DNA of 32,000 nt from Desulfotalea psychrophila LSv54 (GTDB taxonomy: Bacteria; Desulfobacterota; Desulfobulbia; Desulfobulbales; Desulfocapsaceae). The translations under genes were made by a program, and so were the position numbers. Positions 1 to 11,089 of this stretch are shown in pieces (within the stretch, counting starts at the first letter, position 1; each line of letters starts with the position of its first letter). The notes under the pieces were generated by a model. That model did not search any database. It saw only the letters and a list, made by a program, of their open reading frames with translations, and was not told the origin of the DNA. The stretch lies in assembly GCF_000025945.1 (NCBI RefSeq), contig NC_006138.1:990001-1022000 (forward strand), read 5' to 3'.

Positions 1-681
1 GATGGTGCCGGGGCAGATCCCCTCTTGATCACCTCAATTCATCGGGCCAAGGGCTGCGAGTGGCCCCTGGTGATTCTGCCGGGCCTTGAGGAGGGTAGCT
101 TTCCCTTTCGCCGTCAGCAAAAGGAGTCGCCATCGTTTACGGAGGTGGATGATGAGCGCAGGCTCTTCTATGTGGGGATGACCCGGGCCATTGAGAGGCT
201 CTATCTTCTGCACCCGAGGGATTTTTTTCTGCAGGAGGCCATGGTCGCTGGTCGTGCCGGTCATTCCCTGGCCGATGATCCTCTTGCAAGTTGCTTTTTA
301 TACGAGGCAAATTTAGGCATCAGTCGTCGGGTGGGGGAGGCCATCGCTCGTAATGAAGATGTGGGCCATATAGAGGCGGTGGATGCTGATATGGCAAATG
401 CCTATCTGCAGTTACAGGCGGGGGATCATGGTCAGGTAGTTACCCGACAGCAGGTCAAAAAATTGCCTGTGGCGGCGGTTGCACAACCTGTCACTGGTGG
501 CCATAGGCGCCTTAGTTCAGCTGAGGTCAGAGAGGGTATGGAGGTGGTTCACGATCGCTTTGGTCGTGGCCAAATATCTGCCGTGATCGACAGGGGACAG
601 GGAAAGGTACGGGTCGCCTTTGAGGAGGAGGGGGAGATGATCCTGCTTCTCTCCTATGCTAAGCTCTATCTGCGCAGGTAG
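1..681 (+). CDS. UvrD/Rep/PcrA-family SF1 DNA helicase, C-terminal fragment (5' end lies outside the window)
   Basis: Frame 1 is open from base 1. The translation contains SIHRAKGCEWPLVILPGLEEGSFPF and DDERRLFYVGMTRAIERLYLL, collinear with UvrD helicase motifs V/VI (E. coli [24 protein letters not shown] / EERRLAYVGVTRAMQKL). The C-terminal GMEVVHDRFGRGQISAV...VRVAF tail resembles the UvrD/PcrA C-terminal Tudor-like domain. Confidence 0.85.
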   Translation, partial: DGAGADPLLITSIHRAKGCEWPLVILPGLEEGSFPFRRQQKESPSFTEVDDERRLFYVGMTRAIERLYLLHPRDFFLQEAMVAGRAGHSLADDPLASCFLYEANLGISRRVGEAIARNEDVGHIEAVDADMANAYLQLQAGDHGQVVTRQQVKKLPVAAVAQPVTGGHRRLSSAEVREGMEVVHDRFGRGQISAVIDRGQGKVRVAFEEEGEMILLLSYAKLYLRR

Positions 682-879
682 TTGGGAGCTTTGTCTACGA
701 CCTTGGCGCGGCAGAGGAGTTTACTTGTCCTGACCTAATGATTTAACTGTAAAAAAATTTAAGTAAGTCCTGTTCTTATGATAAAATAAATTAATTATTT
801 ATGACTTAGGGCATGGTAGTGTTTTTTTGTAAAAAAATCATTTTTTGGTGTGAACAAATTCGGATCCATAGGGGCATGT

Positions 880-3800
880 ATGAAGAGATATTTTTTTTCT
901 GTAATTTCTGTGTGCTTCTTGGTGGTATGGGCGATCCCTGCTCTTGCCTCGGATCTTCAGCTAACGCCCGCGGAGCAGTCATGGCTCAGGGCGCATCCGG
1001 ATATTCGATTGGGTGTTGATCCGGATTATGCCCCCTTTGAGAGCATTGAAGGGGGAGTTTATGTTGGTCTTGCTGCAGATTATGTCAGCCTCGTCTCTAA
1101 AAAGCTTGGTCTTTCCCTGGTGCCTGTGCCTGACCTTACCTGGAAAGAGGTTATGGCTCTGGCCGAGCAGGGTGAGCTTGATCTCTTTCCAGCCGTGGTG
1201 CAGACGCCTGAACGTAATGAGCTCTGGCTTTTTGCCAAACCACATATGGCCTATTCAACGGTGATTTTTACCCGTGATGACTACTGGAATGTTTTTGGTT
1301 TGGCTGATTTTGCAGGGAAAAAGGTTGCTGTCGTCCGAGGCTATGCAATTCTTGATTTTATTCGAAGTGCTCATCCTCATCTTGATATTGTTCTGGTCGA
1401 TTCCGTTGATATGGGTTTGCGGCAGTTGGAAGCTGGAAGGGTTAGTGCATTTGTTAATGATATTGCTACAGGTGTCTCTGCCATTCAAAAAATGAATTTG
1501 AAAAATTTAAAAATTGCCGCCTATACCGATTTAAAGGATAAGGGGTTGGGCTTTGCCGTGCGTAAGGATTGGCCTGAATTGGTGGCGATGATAGATAAGG
1601 TCCTTGCCAGTATCACTCCCGAAGAGCATGCTGCCATCCATAATAGATGGATCAAGGTAGAGAGCTTTTCGCCATGGCAACACTGGGCCAGGTGGTTGTT
1701 TATTGGCCTGGCAATGGTGGCTGTTTCTCTTCTCGCATTCACTGGCTGGATCTATCTGCTTCGTAAACAGGTGGCGAGCCGTACGACCAAGTTACAGGCA
1801 AGTGAGGCTTGGACTGTGGCTATTCTTGATACGGCCTCAAATCCGATCATTACAATAGATGAGGATGAAACAGTTCTCTCTTTTAACCTTGGTGCAGAGC
1901 GGAGTTTTGCCTACAGTGCTGAGGAGATCATTGGCCAGAAGGTGAAAATTTTGCTCCCTGATCTCTATGAAAAATATGAGGACGAGTTTGCAACCAGTTT
2001 TTTCGCTAAGGATGACGCGCATCTCATTGATATGGATCGTGAAATTGATGCCAGGAGAAAGAATGGAACAATCTTCCCCATTCATCTCTCCGTGGGCGAG
2101 ATGATTGTTAGCGGCAAAAGAATGTTTGTCATTATTCTGGTGGATCTTTCTGTGCAGAAACAGCGAAATCTAGAGCTTGAGTTAGCCCGTGATGCGGCAG
2201 AGGCCGCCATGGAGGCTAAGGCGATTTTTCTTGCCAATATGAGTCATGAGATTCGTACCCCGATGAATGCCATCCTTGGATTTCTTGCCATTGTTTTGGA
2301 AAGTTCCTCTTTGCCTGCGGATTTACGTAAGCATATAGTGACGGCGCATGGTTCCGCAGAAAGCCTTTTGGTAATCATTAATGATGTCCTTGATGTCAGT
2401 AAGTTTGATAGTGGGAGGATGGAGCTTGTTTTTTCTGTTTTTCATCTTCCCCGTACCATTGGCAAAGCCCTACAAACCCTTTATATGCCTGCTCAGGAAA
2501 AAGAACTTAATATTCACCTTAACTACGATGAAGATTTACCATACTGTTTTCTGGGTGATTCTGTCCGGTTGCGACAGGTGATTATTAATCTTGTTGCCAA
2601 TGCGATTAAGTTTACTGAAGAGGGGAGTATTACCATAGAGGTTAAAGGTACCTCTGGGGAAGATGACCTCCTTCTCTTTACTGTAGTCGATACGGGTATT
2701 GGTATAAGGCCTGAACAGGTGGCACGGATTTTTGAGCCTTTTACCCAGGCCGATGACTCTTCTACACGTAATATTGGTGGTACAGGACTTGGCCTGGCTA
2801 TCTGTAAAGAGATTGTTGACTTGATGGGTGGTCGCATCTGGGTGGAAAGTGAAAAGGGGAAAGGATCAAGTTTTAATTTTATGGTTCCTTTACCACGAGC
2901 TGAATGTATTAAAGACTGTCCCAAGGCGGGCAGACCTGCAGAGACAGGTGATGACTGTCCCAAGCTGGCTGAACTTTCAGAAAGAGCTGAGCCTGTCTCA
3001 AGAAAAATATTTCGCATACTGTTGGCCGAGGATATGAAAGATAACGCTGAGTTAGCTCAGTTTCGATTGGAGCAACAGGGACATATCGTTACCCATGTTT
3101 GGAATGGTTTAGAGGCGGTGGAGGCATTCCAGCGAGATGAATTCGATCTTATTTTTATGGACGTGCAGATGCCCGTGTTGGATGGGCACAGTGCCACCCG
3201 TCAAATCCGGAAAATCGAGAGGGGGGCTGGTGGCTATATTCCGATCTTTGCCTTGACTGCCAGTGTCATGAGGGAGGATCGGGAGAAGTGTATAGCTGCT
3301 GGTATGGATGTCATTATTGGCAAGCCGATAGACTTTCAATTTCTTTTTGCTAAAATGGAAGAGATTGTCTCCGAGGGGGTTGGCGTCGTGCAGAGGGGAT
3401 GGATCGATTTTTCTCCGGTAATGGCCGTGGCGGCTGTGGAGCAGGGCCTGCTCACCTGGGCCAATTCTGTGGTCTATGCAGGGACATTGATTGATTTTTC
3501 CGAGGCTCATTTGGGTGACGCCAGCACTCTGCAGCAGCTGTTTCAGCAGAACGATATTAGAGGTATGCAGTGTCTTATCCACACCCTAAAAGGTGTTGCG
3601 GAAAATTTGGCCCTGTCTGATCTGGTTAAAATTATAAGTGACGTTGATTCTTCTCTGTTGATGGATGACAGGGAGCGAACCACTCTTCTCCTGTTGGATT
3701 TAAAAGAGGCGTTGAAAAATGTGGTGGTGGCAACGGGACAACTGGCTCTTGCCGGGGAGGGTGCTGTTCAACCAGTCAAGAAGGAAGACCTTAAAAAGAT

Positions 3801-4005
3801 AGGTGATCTGTTGGCTGAGTTGCTCGTTCAGTTGGAAGAGGATAATCCTGCCGTTGTTGAACCGCTAGTGGCAGAACTTTCTCAGTATCTTTCTCAGAAT
3901 GATCTCCTGCTTTTGCAAAAAAATATTGATGATTTCGAGTTTGTCCGTGCCAAATTACAGGTTAGAAAACTTGCCGATATGTTGGCCATTAAATTGGAGG
4001 TTTAG
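880..4005 (+). CDS. Hybrid sensor histidine kinase: signal peptide, periplasmic solute-binding (SBP family 3 / Venus-flytrap) domain, TM, PAS, HisKA, HATPase, receiver, Hpt (BvgS/EvgS-like architecture)
   Basis: The ORF track gives 850..4005 from a GTG. I prefer ATG 880 ([23 protein letters not shown] is signal-peptide-like, with AGGGG 6 nt upstream). Motifs seen: H-box [19 protein letters not shown]; N/G boxes [35 protein letters not shown]; receiver ILLAEDM...[14 protein letters not shown]...GKPI; Hpt motif [11 protein letters not shown]; TM segment [23 protein letters not shown] after the SBP-like region. Confidence 0.9.
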   Translation: MKRYFFSVISVCFLVVWAIPALASDLQLTPAEQSWLRAHPDIRLGVDPDYAPFESIEGGVYVGLAADYVSLVSKKLGLSLVPVPDLTWKEVMALAEQGELDLFPAVVQTPERNELWLFAKPHMAYSTVIFTRDDYWNVFGLADFAGKKVAVVRGYAILDFIRSAHPHLDIVLVDSVDMGLRQLEAGRVSAFVNDIATGVSAIQKMNLKNLKIAAYTDLKDKGLGFAVRKDWPELVAMIDKVLASITPEEHAAIHNRWIKVESFSPWQHWARWLFIGLAMVAVSLLAFTGWIYLLRKQVASRTTKLQASEAWTVAILDTASNPIITIDEDETVLSFNLGAERSFAYSAEEIIGQKVKILLPDLYEKYEDEFATSFFAKDDAHLIDMDREIDARRKNGTIFPIHLSVGEMIVSGKRMFVIILVDLSVQKQRNLELELARDAAEAAMEAKAIFLANMSHEIRTPMNAILGFLAIVLESSSLPADLRKHIVTAHGSAESLLVIINDVLDVSKFDSGRMELVFSVFHLPRTIGKALQTLYMPAQEKELNIHLNYDEDLPYCFLGDSVRLRQVIINLVANAIKFTEEGSITIEVKGTSGEDDLLLFTVVDTGIGIRPEQVARIFEPFTQADDSSTRNIGGTGLGLAICKEIVDLMGGRIWVESEKGKGSSFNFMVPLPRAECIKDCPKAGRPAETGDDCPKLAELSERAEPVSRKIFRILLAEDMKDNAELAQFRLEQQGHIVTHVWNGLEAVEAFQRDEFDLIFMDVQMPVLDGHSATRQIRKIERGAGGYIPIFALTASVMREDREKCIAAGMDVIIGKPIDFQFLFAKMEEIVSEGVGVVQRGWIDFSPVMAVAAVEQGLLTWANSVVYAGTLIDFSEAHLGDASTLQQLFQQNDIRGMQCLIHTLKGVAENLALSDLVKIISDVDSSLLMDDRERTTLLLLDLKEALKNVVVATGQLALAGEGAVQPVKKEDLKKIGDLLAELLVQLEEDNPAVVEPLVAELSQYLSQNDLLLLQKNIDDFEFVRAKLQVRKLADMLAIKLEV

Positions 4006-4007
4006 GG

Positions 4008-4988
4008 GTGGAAAAATATCGGATTTTGCTGGTGGATGATGAGCCAAATAACCTGAAGCTCTTGCGGGAAATATTGGGAGGAGTCTACGATCTCAAATTT
4101 GCCACAAATGGAAAAAATGCCCTACTTGCGGCAGAAAAACATCAACCTCATCTCATTCTACTTGATGTTATGATGCCCGGAATGGATGGTTATGAAGTTT
4201 GTCGTCGGCTCAAGGCTGATCCTCTTACGGCAAAAATACCGGTAATTTTTGCCACAGCCAGGACTAAGGTGGAGGATGAAAAACATGGATTTGATGTCGG
4301 TGGAGTGGATTATCTTACCAAGCCCCTTTCTGCGCCGATTGTTTTGCGCCGAGTGGCGACGCACCTCTCTCTTGTTCGAGTAGATGAATTGGATTCTCTA
4401 GCCCGGGCGGCTATTCGAATGCTTGGTGAGGCTGGGCACTATAACGATACTGATACAGGCGAGCATATTTGGCAAATGGCAGCCTATTCCAGGGCCATTG
4501 CTGTGGCGGCAGGATGGTCAATCGAGAGGGCAAATAAAATTGAGCTTGCAGCCCCCATGCATGACATGGGTAAGGTGGGGATTCCCGATAATATTCTTAA
4601 GGCCCCCAGAAAGTTAGAGCCGGAGGAGTGGCAGGTAATTATGACTCATTGTCAAATAGGATATGATATTCTCGTTATGTCCGATAATCCTATTTTTCAG
4701 TTAGCGGCAGAGATTGCTCTGGGGCATCATGAAAAGTGGGACGGAACTGGTTACCCCCTGCAGCGTTCTGGAGAAGATATACCGGAATCGGCTCGTATTG
4801 TTGCCATAGCGGATATTTTTGATGCCCTTACCATGAAGAGACCCTATAAAGAGGCATGGTCTGTGGAGGATGCCTTTCTGGAAATTGAACAGCTCTCCGG
4901 TTCTCAGCTTGAGCCAAGACTTGTGGAGAGATTTCTTTCAATAGAGGAGGAAATTCGGGCAATAAAGATAAAATGGGATGGTGTTTGA
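4008..4988 (+). CDS. Response regulator with HD-GYP output domain (RpfG-family c-di-GMP phosphodiesterase)
   Basis: The GTG start lies 2 nt after the kinase stop, with GGAGG inside the kinase 3' end (translational coupling). Receiver motifs: [32 protein letters not shown] motifs: [13 protein letters not shown] and [12 protein letters not shown]. Confidence 0.9.
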   Translation: MEKYRILLVDDEPNNLKLLREILGGVYDLKFATNGKNALLAAEKHQPHLILLDVMMPGMDGYEVCRRLKADPLTAKIPVIFATARTKVEDEKHGFDVGGVDYLTKPLSAPIVLRRVATHLSLVRVDELDSLARAAIRMLGEAGHYNDTDTGEHIWQMAAYSRAIAVAAGWSIERANKIELAAPMHDMGKVGIPDNILKAPRKLEPEEWQVIMTHCQIGYDILVMSDNPIFQLAAEIALGHHEKWDGTGYPLQRSGEDIPESARIVAIADIFDALTMKRPYKEAWSVEDAFLEIEQLSGSQLEPRLVERFLSIEEEIRAIKIKWDGV

Positions 4989-5008
4989 TCTCTCTTGTCT
5001 AGGTGAGG

Positions 5009-5044
5009 AACAGAGCCGTTTAAAAAAACTTAAACGGCTCTGTT
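5009..5044. terminator. Bidirectional intrinsic terminator between convergent genes
   Basis: Perfect 14-bp inverted repeat AACAGAGCCGTTTA (5009-5022) / TAAACGGCTCTGTT (5031-5044) with an 8-nt A-rich loop. It sits between the HD-GYP stop (4988) and the HIT-protein stop (5050). No long U tract flanks the stem; the only A/T run is the A-rich loop. Confidence 0.65.
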
Positions 5045-5049
5045 GGCTA

Positions 5050-5391
5050 TCAGCCTGGAGGCCACTGCAGATCTCGTCCACCCAGAATATGCATATGGAT
5101 ATGGAATACAGTCTGTCCGGCCTGGATGCCGTTGTTGAGGACGGTGCGAAAACCGTCGCCAATGCCCTGTTCCTTGGCCAGTTGGGCGCCGACCCGCATC
5201 ATCTTGCCAATCAGCTGTTCATCTTCTGCCGCAAGGTCTGCAGGGCCAGTGATATGTTTTTTTGGGACAACCAAAAAGTGTTTTGGTGCCTGGGGGGCAA
5301 TATCCCAGAAGGCGAAAACATCATCGTCTTCATAGAGTTTCTTTACGGGGATTTCTCCGCCAATAATCTTACAGAACAGGCAGTCACTCAT
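5050..5391 (-). CDS. HIT-family (histidine triad) nucleotide hydrolase, HinT-like
   Basis: Histidine-triad motif HIHMHILGG and N-terminal CLFCKIIGGEIP. The ORF track extends to ATG 5412, but the second ATG (5391) has GGAG 5 nt upstream and gives the usual N-terminus MSDCLFCKI. Confidence 0.85.
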   Translation of the reverse strand: MSDCLFCKIIGGEIPVKKLYEDDDVFAFWDIAPQAPKHFLVVPKKHITGPADLAAEDEQLIGKMMRVGAQLAKEQGIGDGFRTVLNNGIQAGQTVFHIHMHILGGRDLQWPPG

Positions 5392-5431
5392 AACATCTCC
5401 ACTTATTTTCATTCAAATAAACCATTCAGCC

Positions 5432-7684
5432 CTATTTCCCGTAGCTAAAGGTTAGTGCTTTATTTTTACAGCCAATTTTGACACTACCACCATTTTTCAG
5501 TTGGCCAAAGAGAATCTCGTCACTGAGGACATCGCCAATTTCGGTAAGGATAAGTCTCTGCAGGGGTCTGGCTCCAAATTCTGGACTATAGCCCTTGCTG
5601 GCAAGATACTTTTTGGCGCCAGCAGTCAGGCTGATGGAGACATTTTTATCGGCCAGTTGAGCGCTGATTTCGGTGAGGAGCTTACCCACCACCTTCTCAG
5701 CGGATTTAATGCTGAGCTGATCAAAGGCAATGATGGCATCCAGGCGGTTGCGAAATTCAGGGGCGAAGAGCTTTTTGATGGCCCCCTTGCCCTTGGTTGT
5801 CTTGTCCTGGACAAATCCTATGGGGGTCGTGGTCATCTCCCGGGCCCCGGCATTACTGGTCATGATCAGGATAACATTGCGAAAATCCGCCCTGCGTCCT
5901 GAGTTGTCGGTCAGAGTTGCATGATCCATCACCTGAAGGAGGATGGAAAAAATATCGGGATGGGCCTTCTCAATCTCATCGAGGAGGAGGACACAGTGTG
6001 GATGCTTGCGAATGGCTTCGGTAAGTTGACCTCCCTGATCAAAACCGACATAACCGGGGGGGGCTCCTATGAGCCTGGCCACGGCATGTTTTTCCATATA
6101 CTCACTCATATCAAATCGCTCGAAGTGTATTCCAAGCTGTTTGGCAAGCTGACGAGCAACCTCTGTTTTACCAACGCCTGTGGGGCCGGAGAAAACAAAG
6201 CTTCCCGTTGGTGAGAGTGGATTGCCAAGTCCGGCCCGGGATCTCTTCACTGCCGTGGTCAGGGCCTTAATGGCATTGTCTTGACCGTAGACAACCGAGC
6301 GCAGACTGTTATCCAGATGGCGTAGTTGGTTTGCCTCCGATGCCGATGTCTGTTTGGCAGGAATTCTGGCAATTTCCGAGACAACTTCCTCCACGTCCTT
6401 AACCCGCACTATTGCCTTTTTTCGTCCTGCCAGGCGAAAACGTGAGCCTATCTCATCCATGACATCAATAGCCTTGTCGGGAAGGAACCGCTCGTTGATA
6501 TAGCGATCGGCAAGCTCAGCCATGGCCAGGATAGATTCATCTGAATATTTGATATTATGGTGCTTTTCGTATTGTGACTTCACTCCCTGCAGGATGAGTT
6601 GGGTGTCGGCTACAGAGGGTTCTGGCAGATCTATTTTTTGAAACCGTCTGGAGAGGGCCCGGTCTTTTTCGATATGGGATTTATACTCTTCATAGGTAGT
6701 GGAGCCAATACAGCGGAGCACACCTTCCTGCAGGGCGGGTTTGAGCAGATTCGAGGCATCCATTGATCCTTCACTGGTGGAGCCTGCCCCGACGATGGTA
6801 TGGATTTCATCGATAAAGAGGATGGCATTCTCCTCCTCCTTTATCTCAGAGATAACGGCTTTAAGCCTCTTTTCGAAATCGCCGCGATACTTTGTCCCGG
6901 CCACCAGAGACCCCATGTCGAGCAGGTAGATATCTGTGTCGTGGAGCAGTTCAGGGAACTTTGTCTTGCGTCCGTCCCTGCGGGCCAGGCTGTCTTCAAA
7001 GATATGCCGGGCCAAGCCCTCAACTATGGCAGTTTTGCCGACCCCCGGTTCACCTACGAGTAGGGGGTTGTTCTTCTTGCGTCGACAGAGGACCTGCATG
7101 ATTCGTTTCAGTTCAGATTCGCGACCGATAAGGGGGTCTATCAGCCCCTTTGCAGCGTTGACTGTGAGGTTTGTCGTGTACTTTTCCAGGGCGCTTTCCC
7201 CCGGAGTCTCTTCCGGGGTCTTTGCCGGTGCGTTCAGTGACTCTTGCTGGTTATCGCTTGGTATATCGTGGGCGATAAAGCTGACAACTGCCATGCGGTT
7301 AAGGCCAAGGCTGGTGAGGAAGTAGACGGCGTGAGAGTCTTTTTCGCCAAAGATTGCCACCAGTATATCACCTGCATCGGCCTCTTTTTTGCCACAGCTC
7401 TTTACGTGGTTGAGGGCTCGTTGCAGGACTCGGTTAAAGGCAACGGTCTGTACCGCCTCTTCTTCGGTGCTGGAGGAAATTTTCGGTACCCTCGTTTCGA
7501 AGAACTTATCAAGTTTTTCCCGAAGGGTATCAATCGAGGCTCCACATTCTTTGATAATATAGCAGGCAAGATCATCGGCTAGCAGTCCATAGAGCATATG
7601 CTCTATGGTGACAAATTGGTGCTTTCTTTTCTTGGCTTCTTGGAGGGCCCTAACCAGTGATTGTTCTAATGTTTTACTTATCAT
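5432..7684 (-). CDS. clpA: ATP-dependent Clp protease ATP-binding subunit ClpA
   Basis: 750 aa. Clp N-domain, then two AAA+ modules ([15 protein letters not shown] and [17 protein letters not shown] Walker A; LFIDEIHT and [10 protein letters not shown] Walker B). It lies directly downstream of clpS, the classic clpS-clpA pair. Confidence 0.95.
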   Translation of the reverse strand: MISKTLEQSLVRALQEAKKRKHQFVTIEHMLYGLLADDLACYIIKECGASIDTLREKLDKFFETRVPKISSSTEEEAVQTVAFNRVLQRALNHVKSCGKKEADAGDILVAIFGEKDSHAVYFLTSLGLNRMAVVSFIAHDIPSDNQQESLNAPAKTPEETPGESALEKYTTNLTVNAAKGLIDPLIGRESELKRIMQVLCRRKKNNPLLVGEPGVGKTAIVEGLARHIFEDSLARRDGRKTKFPELLHDTDIYLLDMGSLVAGTKYRGDFEKRLKAVISEIKEEENAILFIDEIHTIVGAGSTSEGSMDASNLLKPALQEGVLRCIGSTTYEEYKSHIEKDRALSRRFQKIDLPEPSVADTQLILQGVKSQYEKHHNIKYSDESILAMAELADRYINERFLPDKAIDVMDEIGSRFRLAGRKKAIVRVKDVEEVVSEIARIPAKQTSASEANQLRHLDNSLRSVVYGQDNAIKALTTAVKRSRAGLGNPLSPTGSFVFSGPTGVGKTEVARQLAKQLGIHFERFDMSEYMEKHAVARLIGAPPGYVGFDQGGQLTEAIRKHPHCVLLLDEIEKAHPDIFSILLQVMDHATLTDNSGRRADFRNVILIMTSNAGAREMTTTPIGFVQDKTTKGKGAIKKLFAPEFRNRLDAIIAFDQLSIKSAEKVVGKLLTEISAQLADKNVSISLTAGAKKYLASKGYSPEFGARPLQRLILTEIGDVLSDEILFGQLKNGGSVKIGCKNKALTFSYGK

Positions 7685-7723
7685 AATCCCTCGTAGGTTG
7701 TGCTGATTATAGGATATTTATCT

Positions 7724-8032
7724 TTATTCTTTTTCTAGGGAGCAGCGTAGGGGAAATTCGTTCTGTTCTGCCAGTTGATGGACTATGGCAACCTTTGTCT
7801 CTGCTATTTCATGGGTATAGAGCCCAGCAACACCTACTTCACTGCTGTGCACGGTAAGCATTATCTCTTCAGCGACTGCCTCTGTTTTACTAAAGATCTG
7901 CATTAAAATAGCAACAACAAAATCCATGGAGGTGTAGTCATCGTTATGGATGAGTACCCTGTACATTGGTGGTTCTCGTGTTTCAATATCGTCTATAGTT
8001 GCGCTGTCGCTTTGTTGTTTGTCTTCAGTCAT
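7724..8032 (-). CDS. clpS: ATP-dependent Clp protease adaptor ClpS
   Basis: 102 aa. Conserved core PPMYRVLIHNDDYTSMDFVV...IF...AE..ML.VH typical of ClpS. Positioned immediately upstream of clpA. Confidence 0.95.
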   Translation of the reverse strand: MTEDKQQSDSATIDDIETREPPMYRVLIHNDDYTSMDFVVAILMQIFSKTEAVAEEIMLTVHSSEVGVAGLYTHEIAETKVAIVHQLAEQNEFPLRCSLEKE

Positions 8033-8174
8033 TGTGATGCGTCGTGTTAAGAAAAAATTGAAAAAGGTTATCGGTTAAGATTTCCTTGCCAGCTACCTGT
8101 TTTTATTATAAGGACGGTGTTTCAAATTGCACTGCTGTGCATCTAAATATATTATATCTTATAATTTCTGTATC

Positions 8175-9533
8175 TTATATTTTTTTGTTACGGAGGATGG
8201 CAATTGTCAGTTCCTCAAGTAAAAGTTGCTGTGGCAAAAAAGAGCTTTTTACCCGATACTCGGCACCATGAACAAGAATGAGCAGGTTCTTGAGGCTGTT
8301 TGGGGAGTATTCAGCTGCCCTCTTAAAATTATTATAGACGGCAAAGGGGTGTCCTTTGATCAGTTCTGCCCATTCATCGTTTTCTTTAAGGCTGGGCAGG
8401 TAACTGTTTTGGAACTGTTGGGCGGGCATTTGCTGCCAGGGAACTCTATGCTTTAACTGTACCCCCCTTATCAACAGGAGTCTGCGGTAGAAGTTCCTCA
8501 GTGTTGCCAGGACAGCAAGACTATGGATGTTATTGCTTAAAATCCGTTTAAGGATGATAAGGCTCTTAGCCGCCTGGCCGCTGGAGAGGGCCTCGGTGAA
8601 CTCAAAGAGGGCATCTTCGCGAGTTTGGCTTGTCAGTTCCCGCACATCATCGATGCTGATCTTAGGCCTATCCCCTGCATAGAGGGCGAGCTTTTCCGCT
8701 TCATTGATAACGGCTACGGGATGGCAGCCCACCCGGTCGATAAAGAGTCTTACCGCATCTGCCGCCATCTTTTTTTGGAAGAGTCCCAGGGTTTTATTCA
8801 GCTGTTCCTGGACCACCGCCAGTTGATCCTTCTGGGCGGCAGAGTTGCTGCCACTTGCCACCGAGCAGTCAATGGTGGTCGCACTTTTCTTGCAGTAAGA
8901 GAAGAAGCGTTGCCGTTTATCAACGGTTTCGGCGGTGAGTATGAGGATGTTGCCGGCGGGGAGGCCGCGATCAAAGGCTTGGATATAGGAGTCAACCAGA
9001 TCCGTGGGCGAGGAAGTCTGCTCCTCGGGGGCAGTGGCCATGATCTGGTCGGCCCAGGAGATATCTTCGTCAGGCTTATCAAAGCCAAAGAATTTTTTCC
9101 AGTGGGTTTTTCCTATTTCACTGAAGACCTGATCGCCCTTCAGTGATTGGGCGCTGAGACCACCCAGCTTTGCCATGTCGGTCAGATAGCGGAGGACGGC
9201 ATCAAGTCGGCCGTTGCGCATGGCGCGGGCGGCCTTTTTCCAGATTTTTTCGATAATGGTCTTGCTCTGGAAGATACGGCTCTCGCTGACCCGGTATATC
9301 TGTAGGCCGGGAAGAAGACTGTAGCTGAGCAGGCGGGACAGGGTTTGGCCTGCATCCTCCGTGGCCCCATCTATCTTGTGGATGGTCCCCTTCCTCTCCA
9401 TCAATCCCTTCTGCAGGGCATCTGCTGCCTCTTGACAGAGGTACCGTTCGCCGTAAAAGAGAAAGAGTGAAGACTCTGTTATCTGGCCCTTGCCGATTTC
9501 CTGGAGGAACTGGGTGCGTTTTATATCTGCCAT
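8175..9533 (-). CDS. holA: DNA polymerase III delta subunit (HolA) with a large internal insertion
   Basis: By eye, the N-terminus (LFLFYGERYLCQEAADAL) and the C-terminal two thirds (AVRLFIDRVGCHPVAVINEAEKLALYAG.RPKISIDDVRELT...DALFEFTEALSSGQAAKSLIILKRIL) are collinear with E. coli HolA. Length is 452 aa versus about 340 aa for typical HolA. Confidence 0.7.
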   Translation of the reverse strand: MADIKRTQFLQEIGKGQITESSLFLFYGERYLCQEAADALQKGLMERKGTIHKIDGATEDAGQTLSRLLSYSLLPGLQIYRVSESRIFQSKTIIEKIWKKAARAMRNGRLDAVLRYLTDMAKLGGLSAQSLKGDQVFSEIGKTHWKKFFGFDKPDEDISWADQIMATAPEEQTSSPTDLVDSYIQAFDRGLPAGNILILTAETVDKRQRFFSYCKKSATTIDCSVASGSNSAAQKDQLAVVQEQLNKTLGLFQKKMAADAVRLFIDRVGCHPVAVINEAEKLALYAGDRPKISIDDVRELTSQTREDALFEFTEALSSGQAAKSLIILKRILSNNIHSLAVLATLRNFYRRLLLIRGVQLKHRVPWQQMPAQQFQNSYLPSLKENDEWAELIKGHPFAVYNNFKRAAEYSPNSLKNLLILVHGAEYRVKSSFLPQQLLLEELTIAILRNKKI

Positions 9534-9543
9534 GGCCTACTAT

Positions 9544-11049
9544 CTATAAAAACATCTTGTATGCGGGATTGTCTGTCTCTTCTTTAAAGCGGTAGCCCAG
9601 TATATCTAATCTCTCCAATAGCTCATCGTCATCCCGGCAGGAGTTAAAGCCAACAAGTACCCGGCTATAATTTCCACCCTGCATGCGGTAGTGGAAGAGG
9701 GAGATGGAGAGTGCGCCACGGGTGGCGTCGAGAAAACGGACAAGGGCTCCGGGTGTTTCAGGAAACCAGAAACGAAAGAGTCTCTCCTCTTGGACGCTTG
9801 CCGGTTTGCCACCCACCATATAGCGGATATGGTTTTTGGCAAGATCGTTATCGGTCAGATCGATATTTTCATAACCGGCTGCCGTGAGCTGTTGGCTGAA
9901 CTCTTGTCGTTCTTTTGCCTGTTCTATGGAGATACCGACAAAGATATGTGCCTTTTCTGGAGAGATATGGCGATAGTTGAATTCGGTGATATTTCGTTTT
10001 TCAACTATCCTCTGGCAGAATGTTTTCAGGCTTCCCGCCTCTTCAGGCATGGTTACCGCAAAAAGTGCCTCCTGCTCCTCCCCGATCAGGGTGCGCTCGG
10101 CAACGTAACGCAGGCGCTCAAAGTTCATATTGGCTCCGGAATTAATGGCAATAAGAGTCTTGTCCTTGCAGCCTGTCTCCCGGATATATTTTAAGAGACC
10201 GGCCATGCCAAGGCCGCCTGCAGGTTCGACAATGGAGCGGGTCGCCTGGTAGATGGCCTTGATACCACTGCAGAGTTCGTCGCTGCTGATTTCGATGATC
10301 TCATCTACATACTCCTGGCAGAGGGCAAAGGTTTGCTCTCCAACCTTCCGTACGGCAACGCCATCGGCAAAGATACCAACGGTGGAGAGTTCCACCCGTT
10401 TACCCGCCTTAAGGGAGCAGTGCATGGCATTGCTATCGGTCGGCTCTACCCCGATTATCCTGATCTCAGGACGGAGATTTTTCATATAGGCGGCAATGCC
10501 GGCAATGAGTCCGCCCCCACCCACGGGAATAAAAATTGCGTCAATTTTTCCGGGATTTTGGCGAAGAATTTCATCGGCAATAGTGCCTTGACCGGCAATG
10601 ACCAACTCATCGTCAAAGGGGGGGATATAGTATCTACCTGTCTCCGCCATGATCTGTTCGGTGTGGGTGGCTGCCTCGGAGTAGTTGTCGCCGTGGAGGA
10701 TAACCTGGCCGCCCATACGGCGAACTGCATCTACCTTGATCTTAGGGGTGGTGGTGGGCATAACGATCAGGGCTGAGATGCCGAGTTTCTTGGCAGAATA
10801 GGCCACGCCTTGGGCATGATTTCCCGCCGAGGCGGTAATAACCCCCCGTGCTCGCTCCTCTTCGCTCAGATGGGCAATTTTATTGTAAGCGCCGCGTATT
10901 TTAAAGGAGAATACCGGTTGTTGATCTTCTCTTTTTAGAAGGATTTTGTTTCCGAGTTGGTGGGAGAGTTGTACTGCCTGTTCAAGTGGTGTCTCCACCG
11001 CTGCCTCATAGACCCGGGAGGTGAGGATGTCACGAATTATTTTTTTCAT
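9544..11049 (-). CDS. ilvA: Biosynthetic threonine ammonia-lyase (threonine dehydratase) IlvA
   Basis: 501 aa. PLP-lysine motif FSFKIRGAYNK, glycine loop GGGGLIAG, and a C-terminal regulatory ACT-like domain region. Confidence 0.93.
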   Translation of the reverse strand: MKKIIRDILTSRVYEAAVETPLEQAVQLSHQLGNKILLKREDQQPVFSFKIRGAYNKIAHLSEEERARGVITASAGNHAQGVAYSAKKLGISALIVMPTTTPKIKVDAVRRMGGQVILHGDNYSEAATHTEQIMAETGRYYIPPFDDELVIAGQGTIADEILRQNPGKIDAIFIPVGGGGLIAGIAAYMKNLRPEIRIIGVEPTDSNAMHCSLKAGKRVELSTVGIFADGVAVRKVGEQTFALCQEYVDEIIEISSDELCSGIKAIYQATRSIVEPAGGLGMAGLLKYIRETGCKDKTLIAINSGANMNFERLRYVAERTLIGEEQEALFAVTMPEEAGSLKTFCQRIVEKRNITEFNYRHISPEKAHIFVGISIEQAKERQEFSQQLTAAGYENIDLTDNDLAKNHIRYMVGGKPASVQEERLFRFWFPETPGALVRFLDATRGALSISLFHYRMQGGNYSRVLVGFNSCRDDDELLERLDILGYRFKEETDNPAYKMFL

Positions 11050-11089
11050 ATGGTCAGCTTTGCAATTTTTTTAAGTTGTGGAAAGGGTC

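Noticed and set aside
813-1019. 68-aa ORF and the GTG-850 extension upstream of the sensor kinase
   Set aside because: The 813 ORF overlaps the kinase in another frame and is Phe/Cys-rich nonsense. The GTG-850 extension adds 10 residues before a typical signal peptide that begins at ATG 880, which has a better SD.
3575-3583. Perfect DnaA-box 9-mers TTATCCACA at 3575-3583 and 25774-25782
   Set aside because: Both lie inside conserved coding sequence (LIHT in the Hpt motif, IIHK in GuaB) and 22 kb apart. There is no cluster, AT-rich unwinding element or dnaA/dnaN context, so this is not an origin.
4978-5448. 156-aa plus-strand ORF overlapping the HIT gene
   Set aside because: It is antisense to a gene with a clear histidine-triad motif and has no motifs of its own. 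It would also have to read through the strong bidirectional hairpin at 5009-5044.
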